A DNA stretch of 64,000 bases. Origin: Flavobacteriaceae bacterium. Lineage in GTDB: Bacteria > Bacteroidota > Bacteroidia > Flavobacteriales > Flavobacteriaceae. The notes beneath the pieces were generated by a model, which was not told where the DNA came from, made no database searches, and was given only the letters and a program-made list of their open reading frames with translations. Positions 1 to 9,436 of this stretch are shown here, piece after piece. Position 1 is the first letter of the stretch. Every line of letters begins with the position of its first letter. The position numbers and the translations under genes were made by a program. The stretch spans positions 2,049,996-2,113,995 of the forward strand of contig JAUCBW010000001.1 in assembly GCA_034676605.1 (NCBI GenBank), written 5' to 3'.

Positions 1-738
1 GTGTCTTGTCATCCGAAGATACGAAGTGAAGAAGCTTGTTATCTATCGTCATCCAAAGCTATCGAACTAGCCAAAAAAACAGGTGCTCGACTGCATGTCT
101 TTCATGTATCGACAGCCAAAGAAACGGAGTTGTTCACTAATAAAATTCCGTTAGATAAAAAACAAATTACAGCTGAGGTCTGCATACATCACCTCTGGTT
201 TTCAGATAAAGACTACGCCGAGAAAGGAAACTTCATCAAATGGAATCCTGCCGTAAAATCAGAAAAAGATAGAGACGAACTCTGGAAAGCCGTACTAGAC
301 GGACGTATTGATGTGATTGCTACAGATCACGCACCACATACATTAGAAGAAAAATCAAGAAAATATTCAGAAGCTCCTTCAGGAGGGCCACTCGTGCAAC
401 ACGCATTGGTAGCGCTGTTTGAAGCGCATCTGCAAGACAAGATTTCAATTGCGAAAATAGTTGAAAAGACAGCACACAATCCTGCTGTGATTTTCAAAAT
501 CCATAAAAGAGGATTCATAAGAGAAGGCTATTATGCTGACCTTACGATTGTAAACACACACCAACCTTGGAATGTATCTAAAGACAACGTTTTATATAAG
601 TGTGGATGGTCTCCGTTTGAAGGAACCAACTTCAAATCAAAAATTATGCATACTTTCGTAAACGGATCTCACGTGTACCAAAACGGAAAATTCAAAAAAG
701 AACTCGTCGGAAAAAGATTATTATTTGATAGAGAATAG
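1..738 (+). CDS. pyrC: Dihydroorotase, C-terminal part (gene starts before the window)
   Basis: Amidohydrolase motifs LHVFHVST, KWNPAVK, IATDHAPH and KCGWSPFEG. The ORF is open at base 1, so the GTG start is an artefact. Confidence 0.88.
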   Translation: MSCHPKIRSEEACYLSSSKAIELAKKTGARLHVFHVSTAKETELFTNKIPLDKKQITAEVCIHHLWFSDKDYAEKGNFIKWNPAVKSEKDRDELWKAVLDGRIDVIATDHAPHTLEEKSRKYSEAPSGGPLVQHALVALFEAHLQDKISIAKIVEKTAHNPAVIFKIHKRGFIREGYYADLTIVNTHQPWNVSKDNVLYKCGWSPFEGTNFKSKIMHTFVNGSHVYQNGKFKKELVGKRLLFDRE

Positions 739-1152
739 ATGAAAAAAATACTTACTTTTTCGCTGCTTATACTTTTGCTTTTGGGCTGTACTAAAGAAAA
801 AAACCAAAAACCTGCCAAGCTTATCCCTGAGGATAAAATGGTAGAAATCCTCTATGACATCAATTTACTTCAAGCACTCAGGAATACAAACTACTCCGTA
901 TATACTCAAGAAAACATCAATCCAGAAGAATACATTTACAAGAAATACAGCATTGACAGTTTGCAGTTTGCAGAAAGCAATCAGTATTATATTACCGATG
1001 TCGATAACTACGAAAAATTGCTTGACAAGGTTATCGCAAAAGTAAACGAAGAGAAAACAAAATACAACGCAGATAGCTTGCGGGTCAAACGTCCTAAACG
1101 AACTATAGCTGATTCAGTGGCGAAACAATCATTGCTCAATTCGCAGAAATAA
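739..1152 (+). CDS. Lipoprotein, DUF4296-like
   Basis: Signal peptide ending LLGC; KLIPEDKMVEILYDI and YSIDSLQFAESNQYY resemble the Bacteroidota DUF4296 family. Confidence 0.7.
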   Translation: MKKILTFSLLILLLLGCTKEKNQKPAKLIPEDKMVEILYDINLLQALRNTNYSVYTQENINPEEYIYKKYSIDSLQFAESNQYYITDVDNYEKLLDKVIAKVNEEKTKYNADSLRVKRPKRTIADSVAKQSLLNSQK

Positions 1153-1240
1153 TTTTTTATTCTTTTTGTAGAAAAACACTACTGCTTTTTGGCAATACTC
1201 TTCATAATCAGTAATTTTACTACTTATTATCTGACGAATT

Positions 1241-1693
1241 ATGTTCCGAAAATCGCTTTTTACCGCAGTGCTACTTCTGCTCCTGACTTCGTGCATCAGT
1301 ACAAAACTCAGTATTAAAAATATTGATGACAAGGCTATTCGACCAGAAATGCTTGACAACACTACGTATAAACTCACAAAACAGGCAAAAGACACCAGAT
1401 ATGGTTTTGATCAGGATTATCCTGTAAACCTTGGTTTTGGATTATTACATCAGCGAGAATCTAATAAAGAAAAGTTCTTAAATGCACTTCAAGGTCCTGA
1501 AGGTCAAAAGACAACTTATACACACAACGGAAATTGTTGTCCGTTCCCCACAGACAAAAGTCAGCTGGGTAGTGGTATGCTTGATATCTATTTAATCACT
1601 TGGGAGGGAAATTCAAAACCAATTGAGCTTTACTTGAATATCTACGAAAAAGGAGAAGTGCTTATTCCGATTGGGCTTAGGGCTAGAAAATAA
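1241..1693 (+). CDS. Hypothetical lipoprotein
   Basis: Lipobox LTSC after a hydrophobic stretch; CCPF motif; co-oriented with its neighbours. Confidence 0.7.
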   Translation: MFRKSLFTAVLLLLLTSCISTKLSIKNIDDKAIRPEMLDNTTYKLTKQAKDTRYGFDQDYPVNLGFGLLHQRESNKEKFLNALQGPEGQKTTYTHNGNCCPFPTDKSQLGSGMLDIYLITWEGNSKPIELYLNIYEKGEVLIPIGLRARK

Positions 1694-1769
1694 AAGCACA
1701 AAAGCCTTTGGCTAGAAGTAGCTATTTTAATTATAATCCGTATTTTTACATTTATTTCAAACACACACC

Positions 1770-1955
1770 ATGTTTTCGAAAAATCAGATCACTTTTGGAG
1801 TTATATTCCTAATCGTTTTTATAGGTATAATGATTTACTCTTACATCAAAGACAGAAAAATGCACGACCAGCTCTATAAAGGTAGAATATGGGTATTAGT
1901 GGCTTTTTTAGGTTTTATAGCGCTGTTATTCGCAATCAAGAAATTTTTATTATAA
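1770..1955 (+). CDS. Small two-TM membrane protein
   Basis: 61 aa with two hydrophobic segments, in an operon-like position. Confidence 0.6.
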   Translation: MFSKNQITFGVIFLIVFIGIMIYSYIKDRKMHDQLYKGRIWVLVAFLGFIALLFAIKKFLL

Positions 1956-1959
1956 TAAG

Positions 1960-2190
1960 ATGAACAAGAAGGCAATACGTTTTATCGTTGGTTTTTTAGT
2001 CTATTCAATTTTGTATTTCATCATCAGCTATTTTTTTAAAATATCTAGCATGTGTTTTGAAGACCTTAGAGAATGGGAGTGCCTGAAAACCTCTTTAATT
2101 CAGACTACTTTTTTTGGACTTTTTATGATGTTGCTCGATGTCTTTGTACTCAAAAAATTCATGGGCAATAAAAAGGCAAACAAACAATAA
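1960..2190 (+). CDS. Small membrane protein
   Basis: 76 aa, two hydrophobic segments, starts 4 nt after the previous stop. Confidence 0.55.
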   Translation: MNKKAIRFIVGFLVYSILYFIISYFFKISSMCFEDLREWECLKTSLIQTTFFGLFMMLLDVFVLKKFMGNKKANKQ

Positions 2191-2204
2191 AAACACACAA
2201 CACA

Positions 2205-3065
2205 ATGAAACTATATTCGATAGAGAGTGGGAATTTCAAATTAGACGGTGGCGCAATGTTTGGCGTGGTACCGAAAACCATTTGGAGCAGAACCAATCCC
2301 GCTGACAACAATAACTTGATTGACCTTGCTACACGTTGTCTTTTGATTGAAGGTGGCAACAGGCTCGTACTGATTGATACCGGCATGGGAAACAAGCAAT
2401 CTGACAAGTTTTTTGGCTATTATTCGCTTTTTGGAGATTTTACTTTAGAGAATTCCCTCAAGAAACACGGTTTTTCTAAAGATGATATTACCGATGTATT
2501 TATGACGCATTTACACTTTGACCACTGCGGTGGAAGCGTAGATTGGAACAAAGACAAAACAGGTTATGTGCCTGCTTTTAAGAATGCAAAATATTGGACC
2601 AATGAAGAGCATTGGCAATGGGCAACTGTGCCTAACGCTAGAGAAAAGGCTTCTTTCTTGTCTGAAAATATTCTCCCGTTACAAGAAGCTGGACAACTGA
2701 ATTTTATCCAAAAAGCACACCCTACGAATATACAGACTGACTCAGAGTTGGGCTTTGGAATATTTTATGCCGACGGACATACTGAAAAGCAGATGATTCC
2801 GCTGATCAAATACCAAGGCAAAACCATCGCTTTTATGGCTGATTTATTGCCAACAGTTGGGCATTTGCCTTTGCCTTATGTGATGGGTTATGATACGCGC
2901 CCCTTATTGACCTTGGCCGAAAAAGAGAAATTCCTAAACAAAGCTGCAGATGAAAATCTGTATTTGTTCTTAGAACACGACGCACACAACCAAATCATCA
3001 CCGTGCAACATACCGAAAAAGGGGTGCGACTCAAAGAGAACTTCAGCTGTGAGGAATTGTTTTAA
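2205..3065 (+). CDS. MBL-fold metallo-hydrolase
   Basis: THLHFDHCGG (HxHxDH), plus GHT and LEHD metal ligands; N-terminal LDGGAMFGVVPK. Confidence 0.9.
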   Translation: MKLYSIESGNFKLDGGAMFGVVPKTIWSRTNPADNNNLIDLATRCLLIEGGNRLVLIDTGMGNKQSDKFFGYYSLFGDFTLENSLKKHGFSKDDITDVFMTHLHFDHCGGSVDWNKDKTGYVPAFKNAKYWTNEEHWQWATVPNAREKASFLSENILPLQEAGQLNFIQKAHPTNIQTDSELGFGIFYADGHTEKQMIPLIKYQGKTIAFMADLLPTVGHLPLPYVMGYDTRPLLTLAEKEKFLNKAADENLYLFLEHDAHNQIITVQHTEKGVRLKENFSCEELF

Positions 3066-3139
3066 AGTTTTCTAAAAATGTTTAACCCTGCTATTATTCT
3101 GAAAAATTATACACATATTTGTACTAACTTATTCTAAAA

Positions 3140-4777
3140 ATGAACAACATGAGATTTACAAAACCTGTTTTTATATCCGCTTTATTGGCATTGGCGTTAG
3201 CCGGATGTAGTACAACAAAAGACAAAGTAGCTTTCTTAGACCTTACGCATCACCAGCCTATATCTGTTCAAGGTGCTGTTAAGAAAAGTGCTAAAATAGA
3301 AGAAACAGACCTACAACGCTGGAGTCATCTGGATATCGTCAGAGATAGCATACCTGGAATGAGTGTAGATAGAGCCTACACAGAACTGATCAAAGACCAC
3401 AAAGGAGCTAAAGTCATAGTTGGTATTGTTGATTCAGGCATTGATATTAATCATCCGGACCTTAAGCCTGTGGTATGGACTAATCCTAAAGAAATTCCAA
3501 ACAACGGCAAAGACGACGACAAAAACGGATTTATAGATGACCTACACGGATGGAACTTCTTAGGAGATGCCGTTCACGAAAACTATGAGTTCATTCGTTT
3601 GCTAAAAAAACGAAACGATGGTTCTGCTGATTACAAAAGAGCAGAAAAAGAGTTTGAAGAGAAAATGATGGAAGCTAATGCCGGAAAACAACAGCTTGAC
3701 TTCTTTATGAGCTTAGAACCAACTATTCAAGCTCACCTTAAGAAAGACAGCTTTACGCTTGAAGACGTAAAATCTATTGAATCTAAGGACGAAAAAGTCA
3801 TTGAGGCTAAAGAAACTCTTGAGCGAATTCTAGCGATGAGCACACTTGAGGAGTTTAAAAAGAGATTAGAGCCGTTTAAGAATCAAGTTGATACTCAGAT
3901 GAATTACCACTTCAACAAAAACTTCAACGGAAGAAAAATCATCGGTGATAATCCTGATGACATCACAGATACTAATTACGGGAATAACAATGTTATTGGT
4001 CCAGTATTAGACGAGTCTCTTCACGGAACACACGTTGCGGGTATCGTAGCTCAAGTGCGTCACAACGGAATTGGTGGTGACGGAGTTGCTAACAATGCAC
4101 TTATTATGGCTTTGCGTGCCGTTCCTGACGGAGATGAGTATGACAAAGACATCGCACTATCTATCAGATATGCTGTGGATAATGGTGCAAAAGTAATCAA
4201 CGGAAGTTTCGGTAAATATTATTCTCCACACAGAGGGTGGGTTATCGATGCGATGAAATATGCAGCTGAAAAAGATGTATTGGTGGTGATTGCAGCAGGA
4301 AACGACGCGAAGAACTTAGACGAAATCAATAAATTCCCTAGCGACTCATATGACGGAGATGCTGAGTATTCTGACAACGTAGTAATTGTGGGTGCTTTAA
4401 ACTACAGCTATGACAACAAAATGCTGGCTACATTCACGAACTACGGCAAAAGAAACGTTGATGTTTTTGCTCCTGGAGTAAAAATTTATGCAACTGCCCC
4501 TGATAACTCATACAGATACCTGCAAGGAACTTCAATGGCCTCACCTAATGTAGCTGGAGTTGCAGCACTAATTCGCTCATACTATCCTAGTCTTACTGCG
4601 GCACAGGTAAAACAAATACTTATTGATTCATCGATCAAACCAACGCATGACGTAATGCTTACTGATGGTGTTTCTGGTGCAAAACTAAACAAATCATTCT
4701 CAGAGTTCTCTGTTTCTGGTGGAATAGTAAACGCCTACAACGCACTTATTATGGCGTCAAAAATAGTTAAAAAATAA
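3140..4777 (+). CDS. S8 (subtilisin-family) serine peptidase lipoprotein
   Basis: Lipobox LAGC; catalytic triad motifs IVDSGID, HGTHVAG and GTSMASP. Confidence 0.92.
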   Translation: MNNMRFTKPVFISALLALALAGCSTTKDKVAFLDLTHHQPISVQGAVKKSAKIEETDLQRWSHLDIVRDSIPGMSVDRAYTELIKDHKGAKVIVGIVDSGIDINHPDLKPVVWTNPKEIPNNGKDDDKNGFIDDLHGWNFLGDAVHENYEFIRLLKKRNDGSADYKRAEKEFEEKMMEANAGKQQLDFFMSLEPTIQAHLKKDSFTLEDVKSIESKDEKVIEAKETLERILAMSTLEEFKKRLEPFKNQVDTQMNYHFNKNFNGRKIIGDNPDDITDTNYGNNNVIGPVLDESLHGTHVAGIVAQVRHNGIGGDGVANNALIMALRAVPDGDEYDKDIALSIRYAVDNGAKVINGSFGKYYSPHRGWVIDAMKYAAEKDVLVVIAAGNDAKNLDEINKFPSDSYDGDAEYSDNVVIVGALNYSYDNKMLATFTNYGKRNVDVFAPGVKIYATAPDNSYRYLQGTSMASPNVAGVAALIRSYYPSLTAAQVKQILIDSSIKPTHDVMLTDGVSGAKLNKSFSEFSVSGGIVNAYNALIMASKIVKK

Positions 4778-4795
4778 CAACTTTTTTAATAGTGT

Positions 4796-4829
4796 ATAAA
4801 GGCTGCTTGATTCCTCAAGCAGCCTTTAT
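4796..4829. terminator. Bidirectional intrinsic terminator between convergent genes
   Basis: ataaaggctgcttga-ttcc-tcaagcagcctttat, a perfect 15-bp stem. Confidence 0.8.
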
Positions 4830-4853
4830 TGTTGTGTTTCATCGATTGTTAGG

Positions 4854-6038
4854 TTACTTATCTTTTTTGTGTAGATTAGGTAAGAAATAAGCGATAAGTC
4901 CGATAAGTGGTAAAAAGGAACAGACTTTATAGACGTATTCTATACTGGTGAGATCAGCCACATAGCCTAATACAGCCGAGCCGAGCCCTCCCATACCAAA
5001 GGCAAATCCGTAGAAAAGTCCTGAAACCATTCCGATTTTTTTAGGCAACAACTCTTGAGCATACACCAATATCGCAGGGAAAGCAGATGAGATGACAAGC
5101 CCGATGACAACAACAAAAAGGGCTGTGAGTTCTAAACCAACATACGGAAGTGCTAACGTAAACGGAGCCACACCTATTATCGAAAACCAAATCACGTACT
5201 TTCGTCCAAACTTATCCCCAAAATAACCTCCGAGCAAGGTTCCGACTGCAGTGGCTCCTAAGAAATAAAACAAATATACCTGTGCTTGAACTTCGGTTAA
5301 ATTAAATTTATCAATCGTATAAAACTGAAAATAACTGGTGATTCCAGAAACATAGAAATACTTTGAGAAGATAAGAACCAACAAAATAAAAATTGAATTA
5401 TTGATCTGACGCTGTGTTAAATCAGGTAGTACAATTGGTTTTTTCTCAGTATTTTGAGTGCGTTTGAGTTCATTGCTTCTCCACTTCCCTACACCAAAAA
5501 GTATGATTTTGGCAGCTACCGCAAATAGCAAAAACCATAATATATGTCTTTGTCCGTTTGGGATGACAATCCAAGCCACAAGTAAAGGTGCTAATGCCGT
5601 TCCGGTGTTCCCTCCCAACTGGAAAATAGATTGCGCAATACTTCGTTTGCCTCCTGATGCCAAAAAGGCTACTCTAGAGGATTCTGGATGAAAGATAGAA
5701 GAACCTATTCCGACTAAGGTCACCGCTACTAATACCCATTGATAGCTAGGCACATAAGCCAACACAATTATCCCGACAGAAGTAATCAGCATACCGAAAA
5801 CCTGAGAATAGGGTTTGGGATATTTATCGGTATAATTCCCTACCAAGGGTTGGAATATCGATGACGACAACTGAAAACAAAGGGTAATAATTCCGATTTG
5901 AGCCATCGAAAGATTAAATTCTTGTTCTAAACGCGGATAAATTGACGGAATTACAGCTTGTAGTAAGTCGTTGAATAAATGCGCTATTGCAATTGCAAAC
6001 AGTACTGAATAACTAGTTTTGGATTTATTTTGCTCCAA
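4854..6038 (-). CDS. MFS transporter, Fsr (fosmidomycin-resistance)-like
   Basis: About 12 TM helices; GSSIFHPESSR, AQSIFQLGGNTG and GYFGDKFGRK motifs. Confidence 0.85.
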   Translation of the reverse strand: MEQNKSKTSYSVLFAIAIAHLFNDLLQAVIPSIYPRLEQEFNLSMAQIGIITLCFQLSSSIFQPLVGNYTDKYPKPYSQVFGMLITSVGIIVLAYVPSYQWVLVAVTLVGIGSSIFHPESSRVAFLASGGKRSIAQSIFQLGGNTGTALAPLLVAWIVIPNGQRHILWFLLFAVAAKIILFGVGKWRSNELKRTQNTEKKPIVLPDLTQRQINNSIFILLVLIFSKYFYVSGITSYFQFYTIDKFNLTEVQAQVYLFYFLGATAVGTLLGGYFGDKFGRKYVIWFSIIGVAPFTLALPYVGLELTALFVVVIGLVISSAFPAILVYAQELLPKKIGMVSGLFYGFAFGMGGLGSAVLGYVADLTSIEYVYKVCSFLPLIGLIAYFLPNLHKKDK

Positions 6039-6088
6039 ATTGAGAGTTGTTTTTTAGGTTCTGAAAATAGATAGAGTTATGGTTGTAT

Positions 6089-6538
6089 TTAGAAAAGCAA
6101 CGCTACTTGCGCACAAACCCATTCCAAGAAACGCTCATCTTTTTGTGTAAACGGATCTAAGGTCTCTGAGTCAATATCAATTTGACCTATGTTTTCTCCG
6201 TTGACGAATATCGGTACGACAATTTCAGATTTGACAGTCAGACTACAAGCGATATAATTGTCTTGTGCCTTGACATCAGGCACTACAAAGTTCTGGTTAG
6301 ATAGCGCTACCTGACCACAAATACCTTTCCCGAACGGAATTATAGTATGATCAGTAGGTGTTCCCGAAAATTGTGCTAGCTCTAAAACTTGCTCATCTTT
6401 TTTATGAAAATAAAACCCTACCCAATCGTAATGTGCTACTTCTTGGCGAAGTAAATCACAGAGGTTTTGTAGTTTATTTTCTTTTGAAAGTTTTGAGTTT
6501 GAGAATATATCAGCTACTTTTGGTTTTAAATTTTCCAT
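6089..6538 (-). CDS. GAF-domain protein (free Met-R-sulfoxide reductase MsrC-like)
   Basis: DWVGFY, IPFGKGICG, YIACS and SEIVVP...DIDS motifs. Confidence 0.85.
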   Translation of the reverse strand: MENLKPKVADIFSNSKLSKENKLQNLCDLLRQEVAHYDWVGFYFHKKDEQVLELAQFSGTPTDHTIIPFGKGICGQVALSNQNFVVPDVKAQDNYIACSLTVKSEIVVPIFVNGENIGQIDIDSETLDPFTQKDERFLEWVCAQVALLF

Positions 6539-6591
6539 GAGGGCAGAGCATTTATTTATTTTGGTGCAAAGTTATCTCAAAAATCAATCCG

Positions 6592-7371
6592 ATGCTAAAA
6601 AGACTCTGTATAAGCTTCTTGTTTTTATTTGGTTTATGGGCTCTCGCTCAAAACAACGTAATTTTGTTAGATTCAAAACCCTTAGATGCGGATGTATATT
6701 TCGGTACTGATGTTTTAGGCTTTGATTATTTTGCTAAAAATAATGTGCTTTATAAACAAAAAGAAACTGCTACATGGGAATATAAAAACCTTGGTTTAGG
6801 GCAGATTCATAGTATTGATTTTATAAATCCGTTAAAGGTTTTGGTCTTCTATAAAGATTTTAATACTGCTGTTCTTCTGGATAATAAACTATCTGAAATT
6901 TCAAAGATGGCACTTACTGACCTTGGCATTATTGCCCAAACCTGTAGTATGGCTGCACAAAACCAATTCTGGATTTATGACAGCTTAACCAACAAACTAC
7001 TGCTGCTTAATTACATCAACCGAAAGACACATACTATCAACCAATCTTTTGCCGGAGATTTTATTTATGTATTATCTAACTACAATTATTGGTACCGGAT
7101 TACAGCAAAAAACGAAATCTATGCCTATGACAATTATGGTAAAGTTTCGCTAAAGGGAGTTCTGCCTGAATTTGACAAAATTATAATGACTGATTCAGGG
7201 CAAATTATTTTTAGCTTAAATGATAATTTATATCTTTACCAAAACAACGATACTGAACCTTTATTGCTTTTTTCGCATAGTCAGAAAATCAAAAGCTTTG
7301 ATTTCAAGAATGGAGTTTTAATGCTGAGTACACAAAATAATATAGAGAATTACAACCTAAAATTACCATAA
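6592..7371 (+). CDS. Hypothetical exported protein
   Basis: 259-aa ORF with a signal peptide; its stop overlaps the next start (TAATG). Confidence 0.7.
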   Translation: MLKRLCISFLFLFGLWALAQNNVILLDSKPLDADVYFGTDVLGFDYFAKNNVLYKQKETATWEYKNLGLGQIHSIDFINPLKVLVFYKDFNTAVLLDNKLSEISKMALTDLGIIAQTCSMAAQNQFWIYDSLTNKLLLLNYINRKTHTINQSFAGDFIYVLSNYNYWYRITAKNEIYAYDNYGKVSLKGVLPEFDKIIMTDSGQIIFSLNDNLYLYQNNDTEPLLLFSHSQKIKSFDFKNGVLMLSTQNNIENYNLKLP

Positions 7372-7985
7372 TGCACATAGCTGTTGCCGGAAACATAGGC
7401 GCTGGAAAAACTACCCTTACTCGTCTCTTAGCCAAACACTTTAAATGGGAACCTCACTACGAAGATGTGGTTGACAATCCGTATTTAGACGATTTTTACC
7501 ATCAAATGGATAGATGGAGCTTTAACCTTCAGATTTATTTTTTAAACAGTAGGTTTAGACAAGTACTTCAAATCAGAGAAAGCGGCAAGAAAATCATTCA
7601 AGACAGAACCATCTATGAAGACGCACATATTTTTGCACCGAATCTACACGATATGGGATTGATGAGCAAACGTGATTTTGATAATTATGCGTCTCTTTTT
7701 GAACTAATGGAAAACACCGTTCAAGCACCAGACTTGCTGATTTACCTCAGAAGTTCAATTCCAAATCTAGTAGGGCAAATTCATAAAAGAGGTAGAGAAT
7801 ACGAAAACTCTATCTCGATTGATTATCTATCCCGCCTCAACGAAAGATATGAAAATTGGATAAAAGGTTATGACAAAGGCAAACTGCTCATTATTGATGT
7901 TGACAACATCAACTTTGTAGATACCCAAGAGGATTTAGGAAATATCATCAATAAAATCGACGCTGAAATCAACGGTCTTTTTTAG
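7371..7985 (+). CDS. Deoxynucleoside kinase
   Basis: P-loop GNIGAGKTT, QDRTIYED and RGREYE lid motif. Confidence 0.9.
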   Translation: MHIAVAGNIGAGKTTLTRLLAKHFKWEPHYEDVVDNPYLDDFYHQMDRWSFNLQIYFLNSRFRQVLQIRESGKKIIQDRTIYEDAHIFAPNLHDMGLMSKRDFDNYASLFELMENTVQAPDLLIYLRSSIPNLVGQIHKRGREYENSISIDYLSRLNERYENWIKGYDKGKLLIIDVDNINFVDTQEDLGNIINKIDAEINGLF

Positions 7986-8097
7986 CCAATAAATCGTTAA
8001 ATCCGAAAATTGTCTAAAAATAATGTATTTTTGCTGTAACAAGTTTGAATTTCATTACACTTATTTATAGAAACCAAATTCAATTAACCCACTCATT

Positions 8098-9417
8098 ATG
8101 AAAAAAACAATAATGGCTTTGAGTGCATTTGCACTTATCGGAAGTGTTTCTGCTCAAAATGTTAAGTTTGAGGAGTACACTTTAGACAACGGTCTGCATG
8201 TTATTCTACACCAGGACAAATCAGCTCCAGTGGTCATTACATCTGTAATGTATCATGTAGGAGCTAAAGACGAACACCCTGAAAGAACAGGATTTGCTCA
8301 CTTTTTTGAACACCTTTTGTTTGAAGGAACAAAAAACATCGGAAGAGGAGAATGGTTTAAGATAGTTACTGCAAACGGAGGAACTAATAACGCAAACACT
8401 ACAGATGATAGAACTTACTATTACGAAGTATTCCCTTCAAATAATCTTCAACTAGGCCTTTGGATGGAATCCGAGCGCTTGTTACACCCGGTAATCAACC
8501 AAATAGGCGTTGATACTCAGAACGAAGTCGTTAAAGAAGAGAAACGTTTACGTATCGATAACCAACCTTATGGTAATATTATCAAAGCAATCAAAGAAAA
8601 ACTATTTACAAAACACCCTTACCGTTGGACTACCATCGGAGAGATGGAGCACCTTGATGCTGCTACGCTTGATGAGTTTTTAGATTTTAACCATAGATTC
8701 TACTCGCCAAACAACGCTGTTTTAGTTGTAGCTGGAGATTTCGAATTTAGCGATGCAAACAAATGGATCAAAGATTATTTCGGAACTATCCCTAGAGGAC
8801 CTGAAGTAAAGCGTCAAGTATTTGTTGAAGACCCTATTACTGAGCAAATCAACTCTACCTGGGAAGACCCTAACGTAACGCTTCCGATGATGGTTACTGC
8901 GTATAGAACACCATCTATGAAAACTCGTGAAGCTAGAGTATTAGATATGATTTCTACGTATTTGACTGGAGGAAAAACATCTATATTGTACAAAAAACTA
9001 GTTGATCAACAAAAGAAAGCGATGCAAATTGGAGCTTTTGCTTACAGTCAAGAAGACTACGGATCATATATCGTATATGGAATTCCGATGGCAGGTACTA
9101 CACTAAAAAACCTACTTGACGAAGTGGATGTAGAAATTGCTAAAGTTCAGAAAGACCTTATTTCAGAAAGAGATTTCCAGAAGCTTAAAAACATCTATGA
9201 AAACCAATACGTAAGCTCGAACTCAAGCATCGAAGGAATTGCAGATAGTTTGGCTGAATACTACCTTCTTTATGGAGACGTAAACCTTATCAATACAGAA
9301 ATTGATATTTACCGTTCTATTACACGTGAAGAAATCAGAGACGTAGCTAAGAAATACCTTAACCCGAATCAAAGGGTAGTGATTGATTATGTTGGTCCTA
9401 AAGAGGATAATAAATAA
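8098..9417 (+). CDS. M16 (pitrilysin-family) zinc peptidase, catalytic subunit
   Basis: Inverted zinc motif HFFEH in GFAHFFEHLLF; signal peptide. Confidence 0.9.
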   Translation: MKKTIMALSAFALIGSVSAQNVKFEEYTLDNGLHVILHQDKSAPVVITSVMYHVGAKDEHPERTGFAHFFEHLLFEGTKNIGRGEWFKIVTANGGTNNANTTDDRTYYYEVFPSNNLQLGLWMESERLLHPVINQIGVDTQNEVVKEEKRLRIDNQPYGNIIKAIKEKLFTKHPYRWTTIGEMEHLDAATLDEFLDFNHRFYSPNNAVLVVAGDFEFSDANKWIKDYFGTIPRGPEVKRQVFVEDPITEQINSTWEDPNVTLPMMVTAYRTPSMKTREARVLDMISTYLTGGKTSILYKKLVDQQKKAMQIGAFAYSQEDYGSYIVYGIPMAGTTLKNLLDEVDVEIAKVQKDLISERDFQKLKNIYENQYVSSNSSIEGIADSLAEYYLLYGDVNLINTEIDIYRSITREEIRDVAKKYLNPNQRVVIDYVGPKEDNK

Positions 9418-9436
9418 TTTTAAAAGACTTTAAAAG